The notes beneath the pieces were generated by a model. It was not told the DNA's origin and did not search any database. It was given only the letters and a program-made list of their open reading frames with translations. Made by a program: the position numbers and the translations under genes. 64,000 bases of DNA, taken from NCBI GenBank assembly GCA_050180135.1, contig JBFXEM010000001.1, positions 2,667 through 66,666 of the forward strand, read 5' to 3'. Origin of the DNA: Solirubrobacterales bacterium. GTDB lineage: Bacteria > Actinomycetota > Thermoleophilia > Solirubrobacterales > 70-9. Position 1 is the stretch's first letter, and the number at the start of each line of letters is the position of its first letter. Shown here piece after piece: positions 36,944 to 47,063 of the stretch.

Positions 36944-37744
36944 TCAGGTACCGGCCTCGCTCTCGGTGACGCCGACGACGATGGTGACGCTGGCCCGGGC
37001 AGCGAGCACGCGCTCTTCGGAGGTGAGGATGCCGCGATCGTCGACCGCCAGCACCTTGTAGATCTCGGTCGCGATGCGGCGGCTGGTGCGGCCGCGCTCG
37101 ACCACCCGAGCGCGACCCTCGACGAAGTCGCCAACCCGCAGGGGGGCGAGGAACTCGACCATGTCGTAGGCGACGCACAGACCCTCGTCGCCGCCCTCGC
37201 GCAGGGCCAGCTCGGTCTCCAGGTCGGCGAAGATCTCCATCGCTTTCGAGCCGGCCGCGATGCCGCCGGCGTAGCGCGCGTCGGCGGGGCTGAGCCGCAG
37301 ACGGATCACCGCGTCTTCGGACTTGGGGGTGGCCGAGGCGGCCGGGGTTGGGACCGCCTCGGCCGTCTTGCCGCGGGGGGCAGCGGCAAGACCCTCGACC
37401 TCGACCCCGGCGCCCCCGATCAGGGCACTGACCTCGACCAGAGTCGAGGCAGGGTAGTGCGAGCCGAGGTGCTCGCGGTAGGCCTCGCCGACGGCGGGGC
37501 CGGCGTCGGCGTAAGCCGCGAGGTCGGTGACGAAGATGCGGAGCACCAGCAGGTCGGTTGGCTCGCCGCCGGCCGCCTCGAGCGCGGCGACGAGACGCTC
37601 GAGGGCGGAGCCGAACTCAGCCGCGAAGCCCTCGCCGGCGGAGATCACCTCCGGCTCGGCGGTCTGGCCGGCGAGCGCCAGCACACCGCCAGCGGCCGCG
37701 GCATCGTGGTAGCCGGGCTGGCGACCGGACAGGTTGACGCTCAT
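36944..37744 (-). CDS. RidA-like / hotdog-fold fusion protein, copy B
   Basis: 'YPASTLVEVSALIGGAGVEVEGLA' then 'IRLRLSPADARYAGGIAAGSKAMEIFADLETELALREGGDEGLCVAYDMVEFLAPLRVGDFVEG'. 266 aa. Confidence 0.7.
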   Translation of the reverse strand: MSVNLSGRQPGYHDAAAAGGVLALAGQTAEPEVISAGEGFAAEFGSALERLVAALEAAGGEPTDLLVLRIFVTDLAAYADAGPAVGEAYREHLGSHYPASTLVEVSALIGGAGVEVEGLAAAPRGKTAEAVPTPAASATPKSEDAVIRLRLSPADARYAGGIAAGSKAMEIFADLETELALREGGDEGLCVAYDMVEFLAPLRVGDFVEGRARVVERGRTSRRIATEIYKVLAVDDRGILTSEERVLAARASVTIVVGVTESEAGT

Positions 37745-37924
37745 TTCAGGCTGTCTCCAATCGTTCTCTGGTCGTCATCTGACGGTCCCCCAACGGGACA
37801 CCGAAAGTGGCAGGACTTTGTCGTCATTTGTGTCCTGTCAAGTTGTTCGACTTTTATCATAGATCGGTAGGTCATAACATACCCACCCCTTCTTACCTAG
37901 CCCTTCTGGTGGATCGCCGAGCCG

Positions 37925-38222
37925 TCACGACGGCGGCATCCGCAGGGCGCCGTCGGTGGACGACCTCTCCGTTCGACCGCGATCCGCAGCGGGCCGGGCT
38001 CGGCGGCCGTGGCGACCGCACTCTCGGCCGAGGCGGCGTCGGCCACGTCGACCTCGACCGGCAGGCCGTCGAGGTCCTCGGCGAGTCTCGCAGCGCGATC
38101 CACCGCCAGGTCGGCGACCACGACCTCGGCGCCCTTCTCGGCGAGGCGGCGAACGGTCGCCGCCCCCAGCCCAGCCCAGAGGCGTCGCCGAAAACGACGG
38201 CCACTGTTCGCCTCATCTTCAT
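37925..38222 (-). pseudogene. remnant of a type-II 3-hydroxyacyl-CoA dehydrogenase-like SDR (paralog of 51944..52702) with a frameshift and a large internal deletion
   Basis: 'MKMRRTVAVVFGDASGLG' then, in another frame, 'AATVRRLAEKGAEVVVADLAVDRAARLAEDLDGLPVEVDVADAASAESAVATAAEPGPLRIAV'. This is joined directly to the C-terminal 'NGEVV..DGALRMPPS*'. About 150 central codons, including the YxxxK region, are missing. Confidence 0.7.
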
Positions 38223-38287
38223 CCCTCCCCTATCAGCTGAGAATAGCCTATGTCATTGGGTCATAAGTCTCTAAAGACAGCGCTCGA

Positions 38288-40024
38288 TTGGCACGAGAAC
38301 GTTCAGAGCAGAGCGGAAATGGTGATGAGACGATCGCGGATGCACTCGCCCCCGGATTGATCGCCCAAGCGATCGAGCGGGTCTACAGCGTGCCCGGGAG
38401 TCACATGAAGCCGCTCTGGCATGCCCTTGACGCACGCGGCGTCCGGATCGTCACCGCCCGCGACGAGCGCGCCGCCGTTCACATGGCACGGCTGAAGCGA
38501 AATTGAGCAACCGGTTGGCGGTCGCGATACTCACCGCCGGTCCCGGCATCACCAACGACGTGACCGGCCTCGGCGCGGCATATCTCGACCGGGCGCCGGT
38601 ACTGATCGTCAGCACCCGTGCGCCGCTGCTCCAGGACGGGATGAGAGCACTCGAGGAAGTCGAACCAGCTCGCCGTCGTCCGTCCGCTTTGCCGCGCTGC
38701 CCACGCGGTCCTCGATCCGCGCCACGCGCTGCCTCGCCTCGACCTGGCGATCTCGGCGGCGATCGGCGACGACGGACCGCCCGGGCCTGCCTACTTTGAG
38801 CTTCCTTCCGACCTCTTCATCGCCCCCGTGCCGCGGGCCTACACGGAGATCGATCCGCCCACCTGCGCGCAGCATCCGGGTCCCGGCGCCGGCCGACGTC
38901 GAGGAAGCCGCCGAGCTGCTCCGCTCCACCCGGCGCCCGCTGGTGATCGCCGGACGCGAGGCGCTGGCCGCGACCGAGGTCATACCCCGATTCATCGACC
39001 AAGCTGGAGCGGCCTACCTCGACCCGCGAGCGAGCCGCGACGGGTCTTCGAGCGCGATCGGGTCCTCGTCCCGGCGACCAGGGCGAGGACGATGGCGGAG
39101 GGGGACCTGGTCGTCCCCTTGGGTCGCCGACTCGACTTTCGAGCTCGGGTACGGCTCGCCGGTCGTCTTCCGTGCTGCGAAGGCGTTCCTCCGTATCGGC
39201 CGCGGATCCGAGGACGTCAGCGCGAACCGCCGCGGCGACGTCGACCTGCGCGGTGACGTCGGCCTCGCACTCGCGGCGCTGTTGAGCGTCGGCATCTCCA
39301 CCGACGACCGCGACGACGGCTGGCTGGCCGAGGTGATTGCGGGGAATCAGCGCAAGGCCGAGCGCCTCGAAGAGCGCATGGCGACCGCGACAGAGCTGGA
39401 CGACGGCCTCCACCCGCACCAACTCCTTGCCGCGGTCAATCGCATCGTCGACGAGGAGACGATCGTGATCGCAGACGGCGGCGACATCCTCTCCTGGTCC
39501 GCACGGGCCTCCGCGCCCCTACCTATCTCGACCTCAGCGCCTTCGGCTGCCTCGGTACGGGGATCCCGTACGCCGTCGCCGCCTCGCTCAGTAATCCGAC
39601 CCGTCGGGTGATCCTCGTGGTGGGCGACGGCTTCTTCGGCCTCAACGACGATGGAGCTGGAGACGGTCGCTCGCGAAGGGGCGCGAATCCTCGCCGTCGT
39701 CGCCGACAACCGCGCCTGGAACATCGAACGGGCTGACCAACTCGAGAACTACGGCGGCGAGGTGCTGGGGACCGAACTCTCGAGCTGCGACTTCGGCATG
39801 CTGGCCCGTGCGCTCGGCGTGAGCGGCGAGAAAGTCAAGCGCGCCGCCGATTTCGACGCGGCGCTCGCCCGTGTGCTCGACGAAATGCCAGCCGTCGTCG
39901 ACGTGAAGGTCAGCCGCGAGCGGCGGTCCGCCGACACCAAGAGCGGCCTCGCAGTCGTTCCTCCCGCCACGCCCCGAGCGCCTGGGACCGCGACGAGCGC
40001 GCCTGGCTCGAGGAAGCGGGCTAG
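38288..40024 (+). pseudogene. multiply frameshifted ThDP-dependent enzyme (paralog of 52807..54507)
   Basis: Homology to the intact copy hops between frames. Examples: 'ERVYSVPGSHMKPLWHALDARGVRIVTARDERAAVHMA|', 'NRLAVAILTAGPGITNDVTGLGAAYLDRAPVLIVSTRAPLLQDGMRALEEVE|', 'RRPLVIAGREALAATEVIPRFIDQAGAAYLDPRASRD|', '|ELGYGSPVVFRAAKAFLRIGRGSEDVSANRRGDV', '|MELETVAREGARILAVVADNRAWNIERADQLENYGGEVLGTELSSCDFGMLARALG'. At least six frame changes. Confidence 0.8.
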
Positions 40025-40099
40025 GAAATTGATCCGCCGCGCCTGCCTGGGCGGCCAGCAGGTGTAGTTCGTCGGCGCCGCCAGTGGACGGCCGTTAGC

Positions 40100-40195
40100 C
40101 TCTCGATCCCGGCCGGCGGCGGCGACCAGACCGCGGGCAGCCTCTGTGGACCGTGCCTGATCGCCTTGCTGCGGGAGGTGACGGAGACAGCATAG
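40100..40195 (+). pseudogene. C-terminal remnant of a paralog of the small zinc-ribbon ORF (26257..26481)
   Basis: '...GGGDQTAGSLCGPCLIALLREVTETA*' compared with '...KGEPQASGGLCGLCLIAALPAERKAG*'. Only the last ~25 codons are alignable and there is no start codon. Confidence 0.35.
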
Positions 40196-40203
40196 ACCTG
40201 CCC

Positions 40204-41949
40204 TCAGCGTTCGCGAAGCTCGGCCGTCTTCTCCTCGAGCACCGCCGTGGCCTCGAGGTCAAGGGCGACCCCGTAGATGTCACGAGCTTCCTCTGGTGTG
40301 ATCAGCTCGTCCAGGACGTCATTGAGAACGCGCTGCGGATCGCGGGCGAGCGGGGAACCTACGCCGCCACCATTGGGTGAGACGATTCGGAGCACGCGGC
40401 CCTCGGCGATCGACCGTCCCGGCTGCTTCGAGGTGAGACGTTCGGCGCGCTCGGGATCGTCATGGTCCAGCGCCATTTCGCTCGGCGAGCCTGGCAGACC
40501 GCCGTCAAGCCCCCACGGTGCATGGAGCTGCCCGTCGGCCTCGCTGGAGAAGAAACCGTCATTGAGGTACTGATACTCGCGGATACCGCCCTTGCCGCCG
40601 CGGAACTCGCCGTGGCCCGGAGGATTATCGTTCAGCTGCCATTGGACGCAGCGGAGCGGAAACTCGGTCTCGATCTCCTCGATCGGGGCGCAGCGTGTAT
40701 TGGCGAAGAGGGTATCCACGGCGTCCATCCCGTCCCTGCCCCAGGTGGCGCCGTAACTGCCCTCGTGAATGTCCATGTGGATCCAGTATTTCTCGCCAAT
40801 GACACCGCTGTAGCTGAGTACGGCAAGCGCACCGGTGCCGGCGCAACACAGCTCCGGTACCACCTCGGCGAACGCTTTCACCAAGGTGTCGGAGAGCGAC
40901 AGCGCCGGCAGCGCCCGCGCCAGCGTCGGCGCCGGAAAGCTCGGATTGACGAGGCTACCCTTGGGTGCGACGACCTTAATCGGCCGGACAAGCCCGCGGT
41001 TCTGAGGAACCGCCTCGTGGTCACTGGTGTCGAGCAACACCGACCTCACCACAGTGAAGATCGCGCACATCGCGGTCCCCTGCAGTGGCATGTTCAACGG
41101 CAGGTTGTCAAGCTGCGGCGAGGTTCCGGTAAGGTCGATCTCCAGGGTCTCGCCCTGGACCCGCAGAGTGACCGCGAAACGGAGGTTCTTACTTGCCGGA
41201 TCGTCGAGCTCGTCGAATCCATCGGCGAAACCCTCGGCGAAGTACTCGCCGTCGGGGACCTTCGCGATCTCTGAGCGCAGCATTCGTTCGGAATAGTCCT
41301 CGAACCACTTCTGCGTCGCGAAGACGTCATCCTTCCCGACCTCGTCCATCAGCGTCAGGAGTCGCTGGGCGCCGAGTTCGCAGGCCGCGATCTGGGCCTG
41401 CATGTCGCCGATGACGACGTCCGGAATACGGACATTGTCTTCGATCATCTGCCAAAGAACCTCGTTGTCTCGACCCTCGCTGCGAATCTTCAGGCCACGG
41501 AAGCGCAACCCGCACGCCCACTCGTCGACGGCGTCGATCACCGACGTACCGGGCTTGGAGCAGCCGACCTCGAGGTGGTGTGCGGTAGTGCAGGACCACC
41601 CGATGAGCTCGTCTTTCCGGAAGATCGGGGCGAAAAAGCCGACGTCGGGGCCATGCGAGGCGCCGAGGTACGGATCGTTGTGAACAAAGATGTCACCGGG
41701 CCGGATCGTGTCGCCGCGCTCGTCGATCATCTTCAACACACCCTGCACATACCAAGGGATCGCGCCCATCTGGAAGGGCGTGGTATCAGCCTCGCAGAGC
41801 TGCCAACCGTCCTTGTCAGTCAGCGCCGCACCGATGTCCTCGGATTCCTTGATGATGATCGAGAAGCCCATTCGGATGAGTTTGCGGCTCATCTCCAGCG
41901 CGATCTGGTTGAGGCGGCCCTGGATGACTTGTGCGGTTATGGGATCCAT
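40204..41949 (-). CDS. hyuB: hydantoinase B/oxoprolinase family subunit, copy B
   Basis: 'MDPITAQVIQGRLNQIALEMSRKLIRMGFSIIIKESEDIGAALTD'. 581 aa. Confidence 0.9.
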   Translation of the reverse strand: MDPITAQVIQGRLNQIALEMSRKLIRMGFSIIIKESEDIGAALTDKDGWQLCEADTTPFQMGAIPWYVQGVLKMIDERGDTIRPGDIFVHNDPYLGASHGPDVGFFAPIFRKDELIGWSCTTAHHLEVGCSKPGTSVIDAVDEWACGLRFRGLKIRSEGRDNEVLWQMIEDNVRIPDVVIGDMQAQIAACELGAQRLLTLMDEVGKDDVFATQKWFEDYSERMLRSEIAKVPDGEYFAEGFADGFDELDDPASKNLRFAVTLRVQGETLEIDLTGTSPQLDNLPLNMPLQGTAMCAIFTVVRSVLLDTSDHEAVPQNRGLVRPIKVVAPKGSLVNPSFPAPTLARALPALSLSDTLVKAFAEVVPELCCAGTGALAVLSYSGVIGEKYWIHMDIHEGSYGATWGRDGMDAVDTLFANTRCAPIEEIETEFPLRCVQWQLNDNPPGHGEFRGGKGGIREYQYLNDGFFSSEADGQLHAPWGLDGGLPGSPSEMALDHDDPERAERLTSKQPGRSIAEGRVLRIVSPNGGGVGSPLARDPQRVLNDVLDELITPEEARDIYGVALDLEATAVLEEKTAELRER

Positions 41950-41958
41950 GGTGGCTCC

Positions 41959-44031
41959 TTACGCGAGGCCCGCCCCGGGCGGGATCTCGATGATGAGATT
42001 GTTGTGGGGGTCGCGCTCGACCGTGCAGTCCGGCGGTACGAGCGTCGTCGAGTCGATCTGGGTGACGATCGCCGGTCCCGGCACGCTCTCGCCAACCGGC
42101 AGCTTCTCGTGGGTGTAGACCGGAACGTCCACGGTGTAGACGCCACGCTCCGACTCGAAGGTCGCTGCGGTGTCGGCGACATGGGCGTCCTCGATGCTGC
42201 CGCCCTCGACCGTCGGCGCGATCAGCCGCGGCAGCCGGCCGGTGCCGGTGAGGCGGAGGTTGACAAAGGCGATGTCCATCCCGGGGAAGGCGTGGCCGAA
42301 CTCCCGCCGGTGGGCCTCATGGAAGGCCTCGCCGAGCCTGAACGGCGTGTCCGCGTCAATCCGGCTCGTCTCGAGCGGAACCTTGAGCTCGTAGCTCTGC
42401 CCTTGGTAACGAAGATCGGCGGCCCATTCGATCGCCATGTCGTCGTCGGCGATCCCGTCCTCTCGCAGCCGCTCACGCATCGCCTGCTCTTCGGCCTCGT
42501 ATCGGCGCGCTAGCTCGGCCGGATCGATGTCGGCCAGCGGCTGCAGGTAGGATTGGGTGACGTCGTAGCGCAGGTCGGTAGTGAGCAGCCCACTGGCGGA
42601 GGTGACGCCGGGGTGCTCGGGGATCAATACCCGGGTGATCCCGAGGAGGCGGGCGACCTCAGCCGTCTGCAGAGGACCCCCGCCTCCGAACCCAGCGAGC
42701 AGGAAGTCCCGCGGGTCGAGGCCACGCTCGATCGTCTTCGTGCGCAGGGCGGCGGCCATGTTCTCGTTGACGACGCGGACGATGCCGGCCGCCGTCTCCA
42801 ATGGATCGAGGCCCAGCCGCTCGGCGACCCGTCCAACCGCTTCCTCGGCAAGGTCGCGCCGCAGTTGCAGGCCGCCAGCGAGCTCGGCCGGGAGACGGCC
42901 GAGAACGACGTTAGCGTCAGTCACGGTGGGCTCGCTGCCGCCGCGGGCGTAGGCAGCGGGTCCAGGGAGCGCGCCCGCGCTGCGAGGACCGACGTGCAGG
43001 CCGCCGGCCTCGTCGACGTAGGCGATGCTGCCGCCACCGGCGCCGATCGTCTCAATGTCGATCATCGGCACCATGATCGGGTAGCCGGCGATCCAAGTAT
43101 CGCGCGAGCGCGCCTCGACCAACCCGGATTCGGCGACGATCCCAATATCCGCACTTGTCCCGCCGACATCGAGCGTCGCCAGAAATGGGGCATTTCCGCC
43201 CGAAGCCCAGATTCCGCCCATGACACCGCCGACCGGACCGGAGAGCAGCAGCGTCACGGGCCGTTCCATCGCCGCCTCCGGTTTCGCCGTGCCGCCGTTC
43301 GATTGCATCACGTAAAGGACATCCTCGGCGCCGATCTCGCGCAGGCGCTCGTCGAGACGACCGATGTAAGAGCGGGTGACGGGGCCGACAAAGGCGTTGA
43401 CCGCGGTCGTCGTAAAACGCTCGAACTCGCGAAACTGCGGAACGACCCCGCTGGAGGTGCAGACGAAGGCATCGGGCATCTCTTCACGGACGATCTGCGC
43501 CGCCTCGTCCTCGTGGGCGGAGTTCAAGTAGGAAAATAGAAAGCAGATGGCGACGGAGTCGACGCCCTCCGCCTTCAGGTCGCGGGCGGCGCGGGCGACC
43601 GCGTCGCGGTCGAGCGCCGTGATCACCTCGCCCGACGGCGGAATCATCCGCTGGGGCACGGGCCGCCGGTGGCGCCTCAGCACTAATGGCCGAGCCTGCC
43701 AGGGGATCTCCTGCCGAATCGAGTAGCTCATCGGGCGCTGGTGGCGACCGATGTGGGTGACGTCGCGAAATCCCTCTGTGGTGATCATCCCGACGGTTGC
43801 GCCCTTGAACTCGAGGATGGCGTTGGTTGCCACGGTCGTGCCGTGGATCAGGAGTCCGATATCCGAGGGGCTGCATGCCGCCAGGCGAGTGATCTCCTCG
43901 GTTCCCTCCGCGATCGTGGCAGCCGTATCCTCGCCGCTCGAGATCTTCAGGACCCAGGACTCACGCGTCTGCGTGTCGTGGAGGATGAAGTCCGTGAAGG
44001 TTCCACCGACGTCGATGCCGAGTAGCTTCAT
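41959..44031 (-). CDS. hyuA: hydantoinase A/oxoprolinase family subunit, copy B
   Basis: 'MKLLGIDVGGTFTDFILHD'. 690 aa. Colinear with copy A. Confidence 0.9.
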   Translation of the reverse strand: MKLLGIDVGGTFTDFILHDTQTRESWVLKISSGEDTAATIAEGTEEITRLAACSPSDIGLLIHGTTVATNAILEFKGATVGMITTEGFRDVTHIGRHQRPMSYSIRQEIPWQARPLVLRRHRRPVPQRMIPPSGEVITALDRDAVARAARDLKAEGVDSVAICFLFSYLNSAHEDEAAQIVREEMPDAFVCTSSGVVPQFREFERFTTTAVNAFVGPVTRSYIGRLDERLREIGAEDVLYVMQSNGGTAKPEAAMERPVTLLLSGPVGGVMGGIWASGGNAPFLATLDVGGTSADIGIVAESGLVEARSRDTWIAGYPIMVPMIDIETIGAGGGSIAYVDEAGGLHVGPRSAGALPGPAAYARGGSEPTVTDANVVLGRLPAELAGGLQLRRDLAEEAVGRVAERLGLDPLETAAGIVRVVNENMAAALRTKTIERGLDPRDFLLAGFGGGGPLQTAEVARLLGITRVLIPEHPGVTSASGLLTTDLRYDVTQSYLQPLADIDPAELARRYEAEEQAMRERLREDGIADDDMAIEWAADLRYQGQSYELKVPLETSRIDADTPFRLGEAFHEAHRREFGHAFPGMDIAFVNLRLTGTGRLPRLIAPTVEGGSIEDAHVADTAATFESERGVYTVDVPVYTHEKLPVGESVPGPAIVTQIDSTTLVPPDCTVERDPHNNLIIEIPPGAGLA

Positions 44032-44047
44032 TCAGCGCTCCTTAGCG

Positions 44048-45373
44048 TTATTTGCGGTCGTTCATTGGCTCGCTGGACGCGAGCGAAAGGAGCGCGTTGA
44101 GCATGATCTCCGCGCCCAGGGCAGCATCGGCCGGATCGGCGTACTCGCGGGGCGAGTGGCTGATCCCGTCTCGACAGGGAACGAAAACCATCGCGGCCGA
44201 CACGTGTCTGGCGATGTGCATGGTGTCATGGCACGCCCCCGATCTCATGGTCAAATGGGGGATGCTTAAGCGTTGCGCCGCGCCTTCGAGAGCGTCGACC
44301 ACTCGGCCGTCCATTGGGGTCGGCGCGACCCGCGACCGCTCTGAGTGCTCGACCCGCATCCCGAGCGCGGCCGCTGACGCCTGCGCATTGGCAAGCGCCT
44401 TGTCGAGTACTTCGTCGACCTCGACGCCATCGGGGCCGCGCACGTCGAGGGAGAGTCGCGCGGAACCGGGAACGACGTTGATCAGTCCGGGATCGAGATC
44501 GAGCTCGCCCACCGTGGCAACTACTCCGGAGCGGCTGGCCCTGGCAAGCTCGGTAATTTCGAGGGCGAGCCGGGCCGCCTCGATGCCGGCGTCGCGCCGG
44601 ATCCCCATCGGCGTCGCACCTGCATGGTCGGCGCTCCCGTGAATCGTGACGTCGGCGTGGACGATGCCGACGATCCTGTCGACGATGCCGATGGGTACTT
44701 CGGCGTCCTGCAGGACCCTGCCCTGCTCGATGTGAAGCTCGAGCCAGCCAAGCATCTGCTCGAGCGGGGCCCGACACTCGCGCCAGCGGTCAGGCTCGAA
44801 GCCGGCCGCTTCGGCGTGCGACCAGAAGGACTTGCCGTCGTCGATCGCCCTGAGTTCCCGCAGGTCGACCTCCTCGACTGCCTGGGCCATGATCGCCGAG
44901 CCGAGCATTGCGTGGCCGAACCCGGAGGCCTCCTCCTCAACCGGGACGACCACTTGCAACGGCAGGCCGAGGTTCAGTTCGGAATCGAGCCGACACAGCT
45001 CGAGCGCCGCGACCACGCCCAGGGTGCCGTCGTATCTGCCGCCGTTGCGGTTGGAGTCGCAGTGCGACCCCACGCCATAGGTAGGCTCACCGTCCGGGCG
45101 GTTCCGCGCGATGAAATTGCCGACCGGATCCTCCTGAGTCTCGTAACCGAGCTCTTCGAGTGCGGTAGCGAAGTAGCCGACGGTATTCGTATACTCCGGC
45201 GTGAACGCATAGCGGCAAATGGCGGTCGGCGAGCGGGTGTAACGGGGTCGGCTCACCTCGTCGAGGACCTCTTCAATCCGGCGCGCGCTGCGGGCGCGAT
45301 CGATCTTCACCGCGGGTTCGACAGCGTCCGGCTCAAGCGTGTCCCCTTCCTGTGAAATTCCCATATGACCCAT
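44048..45373 (-). CDS. M20 N-carbamoyl-amino-acid / allantoate amidohydrolase family, copy B
   Basis: 'GVGSHCDSNRNGGRYDGTLGVVAALE'. 441 aa. Confidence 0.85.
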   Translation of the reverse strand: MGHMGISQEGDTLEPDAVEPAVKIDRARSARRIEEVLDEVSRPRYTRSPTAICRYAFTPEYTNTVGYFATALEELGYETQEDPVGNFIARNRPDGEPTYGVGSHCDSNRNGGRYDGTLGVVAALELCRLDSELNLGLPLQVVVPVEEEASGFGHAMLGSAIMAQAVEEVDLRELRAIDDGKSFWSHAEAAGFEPDRWRECRAPLEQMLGWLELHIEQGRVLQDAEVPIGIVDRIVGIVHADVTIHGSADHAGATPMGIRRDAGIEAARLALEITELARASRSGVVATVGELDLDPGLINVVPGSARLSLDVRGPDGVEVDEVLDKALANAQASAAALGMRVEHSERSRVAPTPMDGRVVDALEGAAQRLSIPHLTMRSGACHDTMHIARHVSAAMVFVPCRDGISHSPREYADPADAALGAEIMLNALLSLASSEPMNDRK

Positions 45374-45479
45374 GAGATTAGGCTATATCATCACGGTCTG
45401 TGACGTCAAGTGGAAGCCCAAGTCCACCGTTTTGGCTGTCACTACTGTGCCATTTATGAGCAACTCGGGCACCGTCCGC

Positions 45480-47063
45480 TCAAGCCACGTAGGAGCGCTC
45501 GACGATTCGATCCGCGCTGAGGTCGTCGCGGCGAAGCTCCGCGACCTGGCGACCCTCGCGAACCACGATCACGCGGTCGCACAGGTGCGCCAGATCCTCG
45601 TACTCGACGCTGGCGACGACGACCGCCATCCCACGCTCGCTGGCGCGCTCCACCTCGGCAAAGATCTGCTGGCGGGCGCCGATGTCGACACCCTGCGTTG
45701 GCTCGTGCAGGACCATTACCTCAGGGGCCGTCTCAAACCACTTCGCGACCAGAATCTTCTGCTGGTTGCCGCCGCTGAAGGTAGAGAAGCGCGCGTCGGG
45801 CGCCGGCGGTCGGACGTCGAAGTCACGGAAGAGCTCGATCGTCCGGTCCCGCTCGCGCCGGTGCCGCAGCCTGCCTCGCTGCATGTAGCGCCGGAGGGTG
45901 GGGAGCGTCAGGTTTTCCCGGCCGCTGGCCTCGCCGACACCGCCCCGCAGCGCGCGGTCGGCCGGTAAGAGCGCCATCCCTTGATGTAGCGCGGCGCCCG
46001 GATTGAGATTCGACAGCTTGATGCTCCGGCCATGGATCTCGATCGAGCCGCTCGCCGGCTCCGCCCCGACGAGAACGTAGGGAAGTTCTTCGAACCCCAT
46101 CCCGACGAGTCCGGTGACGCCAAGGATTTCGCCGCGTCGGAGGGTGAAGGAGATGTCCCGGAGGCGCCGTCCAGTGAGACCGTCGACCCTCAGGACCGTA
46201 TCCCCCTTTTCGCTGTGGTGCTCCGGATATAGCTGCCCCATCTGACGGCCGAGAATCTGGTGGATCAGCTCGGCCTGACCAACCTCCGCGGCGGTCGAGG
46301 TCGCGACCCCACGGCCCTCCCGCAAGACGGTGACCTTGTCGGCAAGCTCGGTGACCTCGTCGAGGCGGTGCGTGACCATCAGGACCGCATGGCCCTCGGC
46401 CGTTGCGCGCCGCACCGACACGAACAGCTCCTGTACAGCATCTCGCGGCAGATAGGCCGTCGTCTCGTCGAGGACGAGCAGTCCCTGCTCGACGTCGCCG
46501 AGCTCTTCCAGCGCTCGCACGATCGCGACGATCGCCCGGTCGGCATGCGAGAGAGAGCGGACCGTCGCGTCGGGGTCCGCTTTGAACCCAAACCGCTCCA
46601 TATGCTCTCGGAGCTTGCGGCGTTCGCGACCCCAGGGGATTCGCCATAGGCCACGGGTCTCATAGCGGCCGACGCGCAGGTTCTCCAAGACGGTGAGCTC
46701 GGGGACGAGACCAAGGTCCTGGTGAACGAAGGCGAAGCCGAGGCTTCGTGCGTCGGTCGACTTGACCGGCAGCTCGTACGGTTCGCGGCGAACCAGCAAC
46801 CTGCCACCGCCGTCGGGCCGGTGGTAGCCGGTGAGGATCTTGATAAACGTGGACTTGCCCGACCCGTTCTGTCCGAGCAACGCATGCACCTCACCGCCGA
46901 GCAGCTCGATTGCAAAGTCGTTCAGCACCGGCCGGGCGCCGAAGCTCTTGGAGAGTCCACGCACCTCGACCACCGGCGGACCCGGCGCGCGGACTTCGAA
47001 CGGGCCGGCCTCCGAGCCATTCGGCTCGGAGGCACCGACCTTGGTGTTCAGCCGGTCTTCCAC
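45480..47063 (-). CDS. CUT2-type ABC ATP-binding protein, copy B
   Basis: 'GQNGSGKST', 'FSGGNQQKILVAKW'. GTG start. 16-nt overlap with the SBP gene, as in copy A. Confidence 0.9.
   Translation of the reverse strand: MEDRLNTKVGASEPNGSEAGPFEVRAPGPPVVEVRGLSKSFGARPVLNDFAIELLGGEVHALLGQNGSGKSTFIKILTGYHRPDGGGRLLVRREPYELPVKSTDARSLGFAFVHQDLGLVPELTVLENLRVGRYETRGLWRIPWGRERRKLREHMERFGFKADPDATVRSLSHADRAIVAIVRALEELGDVEQGLLVLDETTAYLPRDAVQELFVSVRRATAEGHAVLMVTHRLDEVTELADKVTVLREGRGVATSTAAEVGQAELIHQILGRQMGQLYPEHHSEKGDTVLRVDGLTGRRLRDISFTLRRGEILGVTGLVGMGFEELPYVLVGAEPASGSIEIHGRSIKLSNLNPGAALHQGMALLPADRALRGGVGEASGRENLTLPTLRRYMQRGRLRHRRERDRTIELFRDFDVRPPAPDARFSTFSGGNQQKILVAKWFETAPEVMVLHEPTQGVDIGARQQIFAEVERASERGMAVVVASVEYEDLAHLCDRVIVVREGRQVAELRRDDLSADRIVERSYVA

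Noticed and set aside
37812-37836. AGGAC-N15-GTCCT (37812-37836) and AGGAC-N8-GTCCT (49466-49483), upstream of the two copy-B operons, as a shared operator.
   Set aside because: The half-sites are only 5 bp, the spacers differ, and no counterpart was found upstream of the copy-A operons. This could easily arise by chance.
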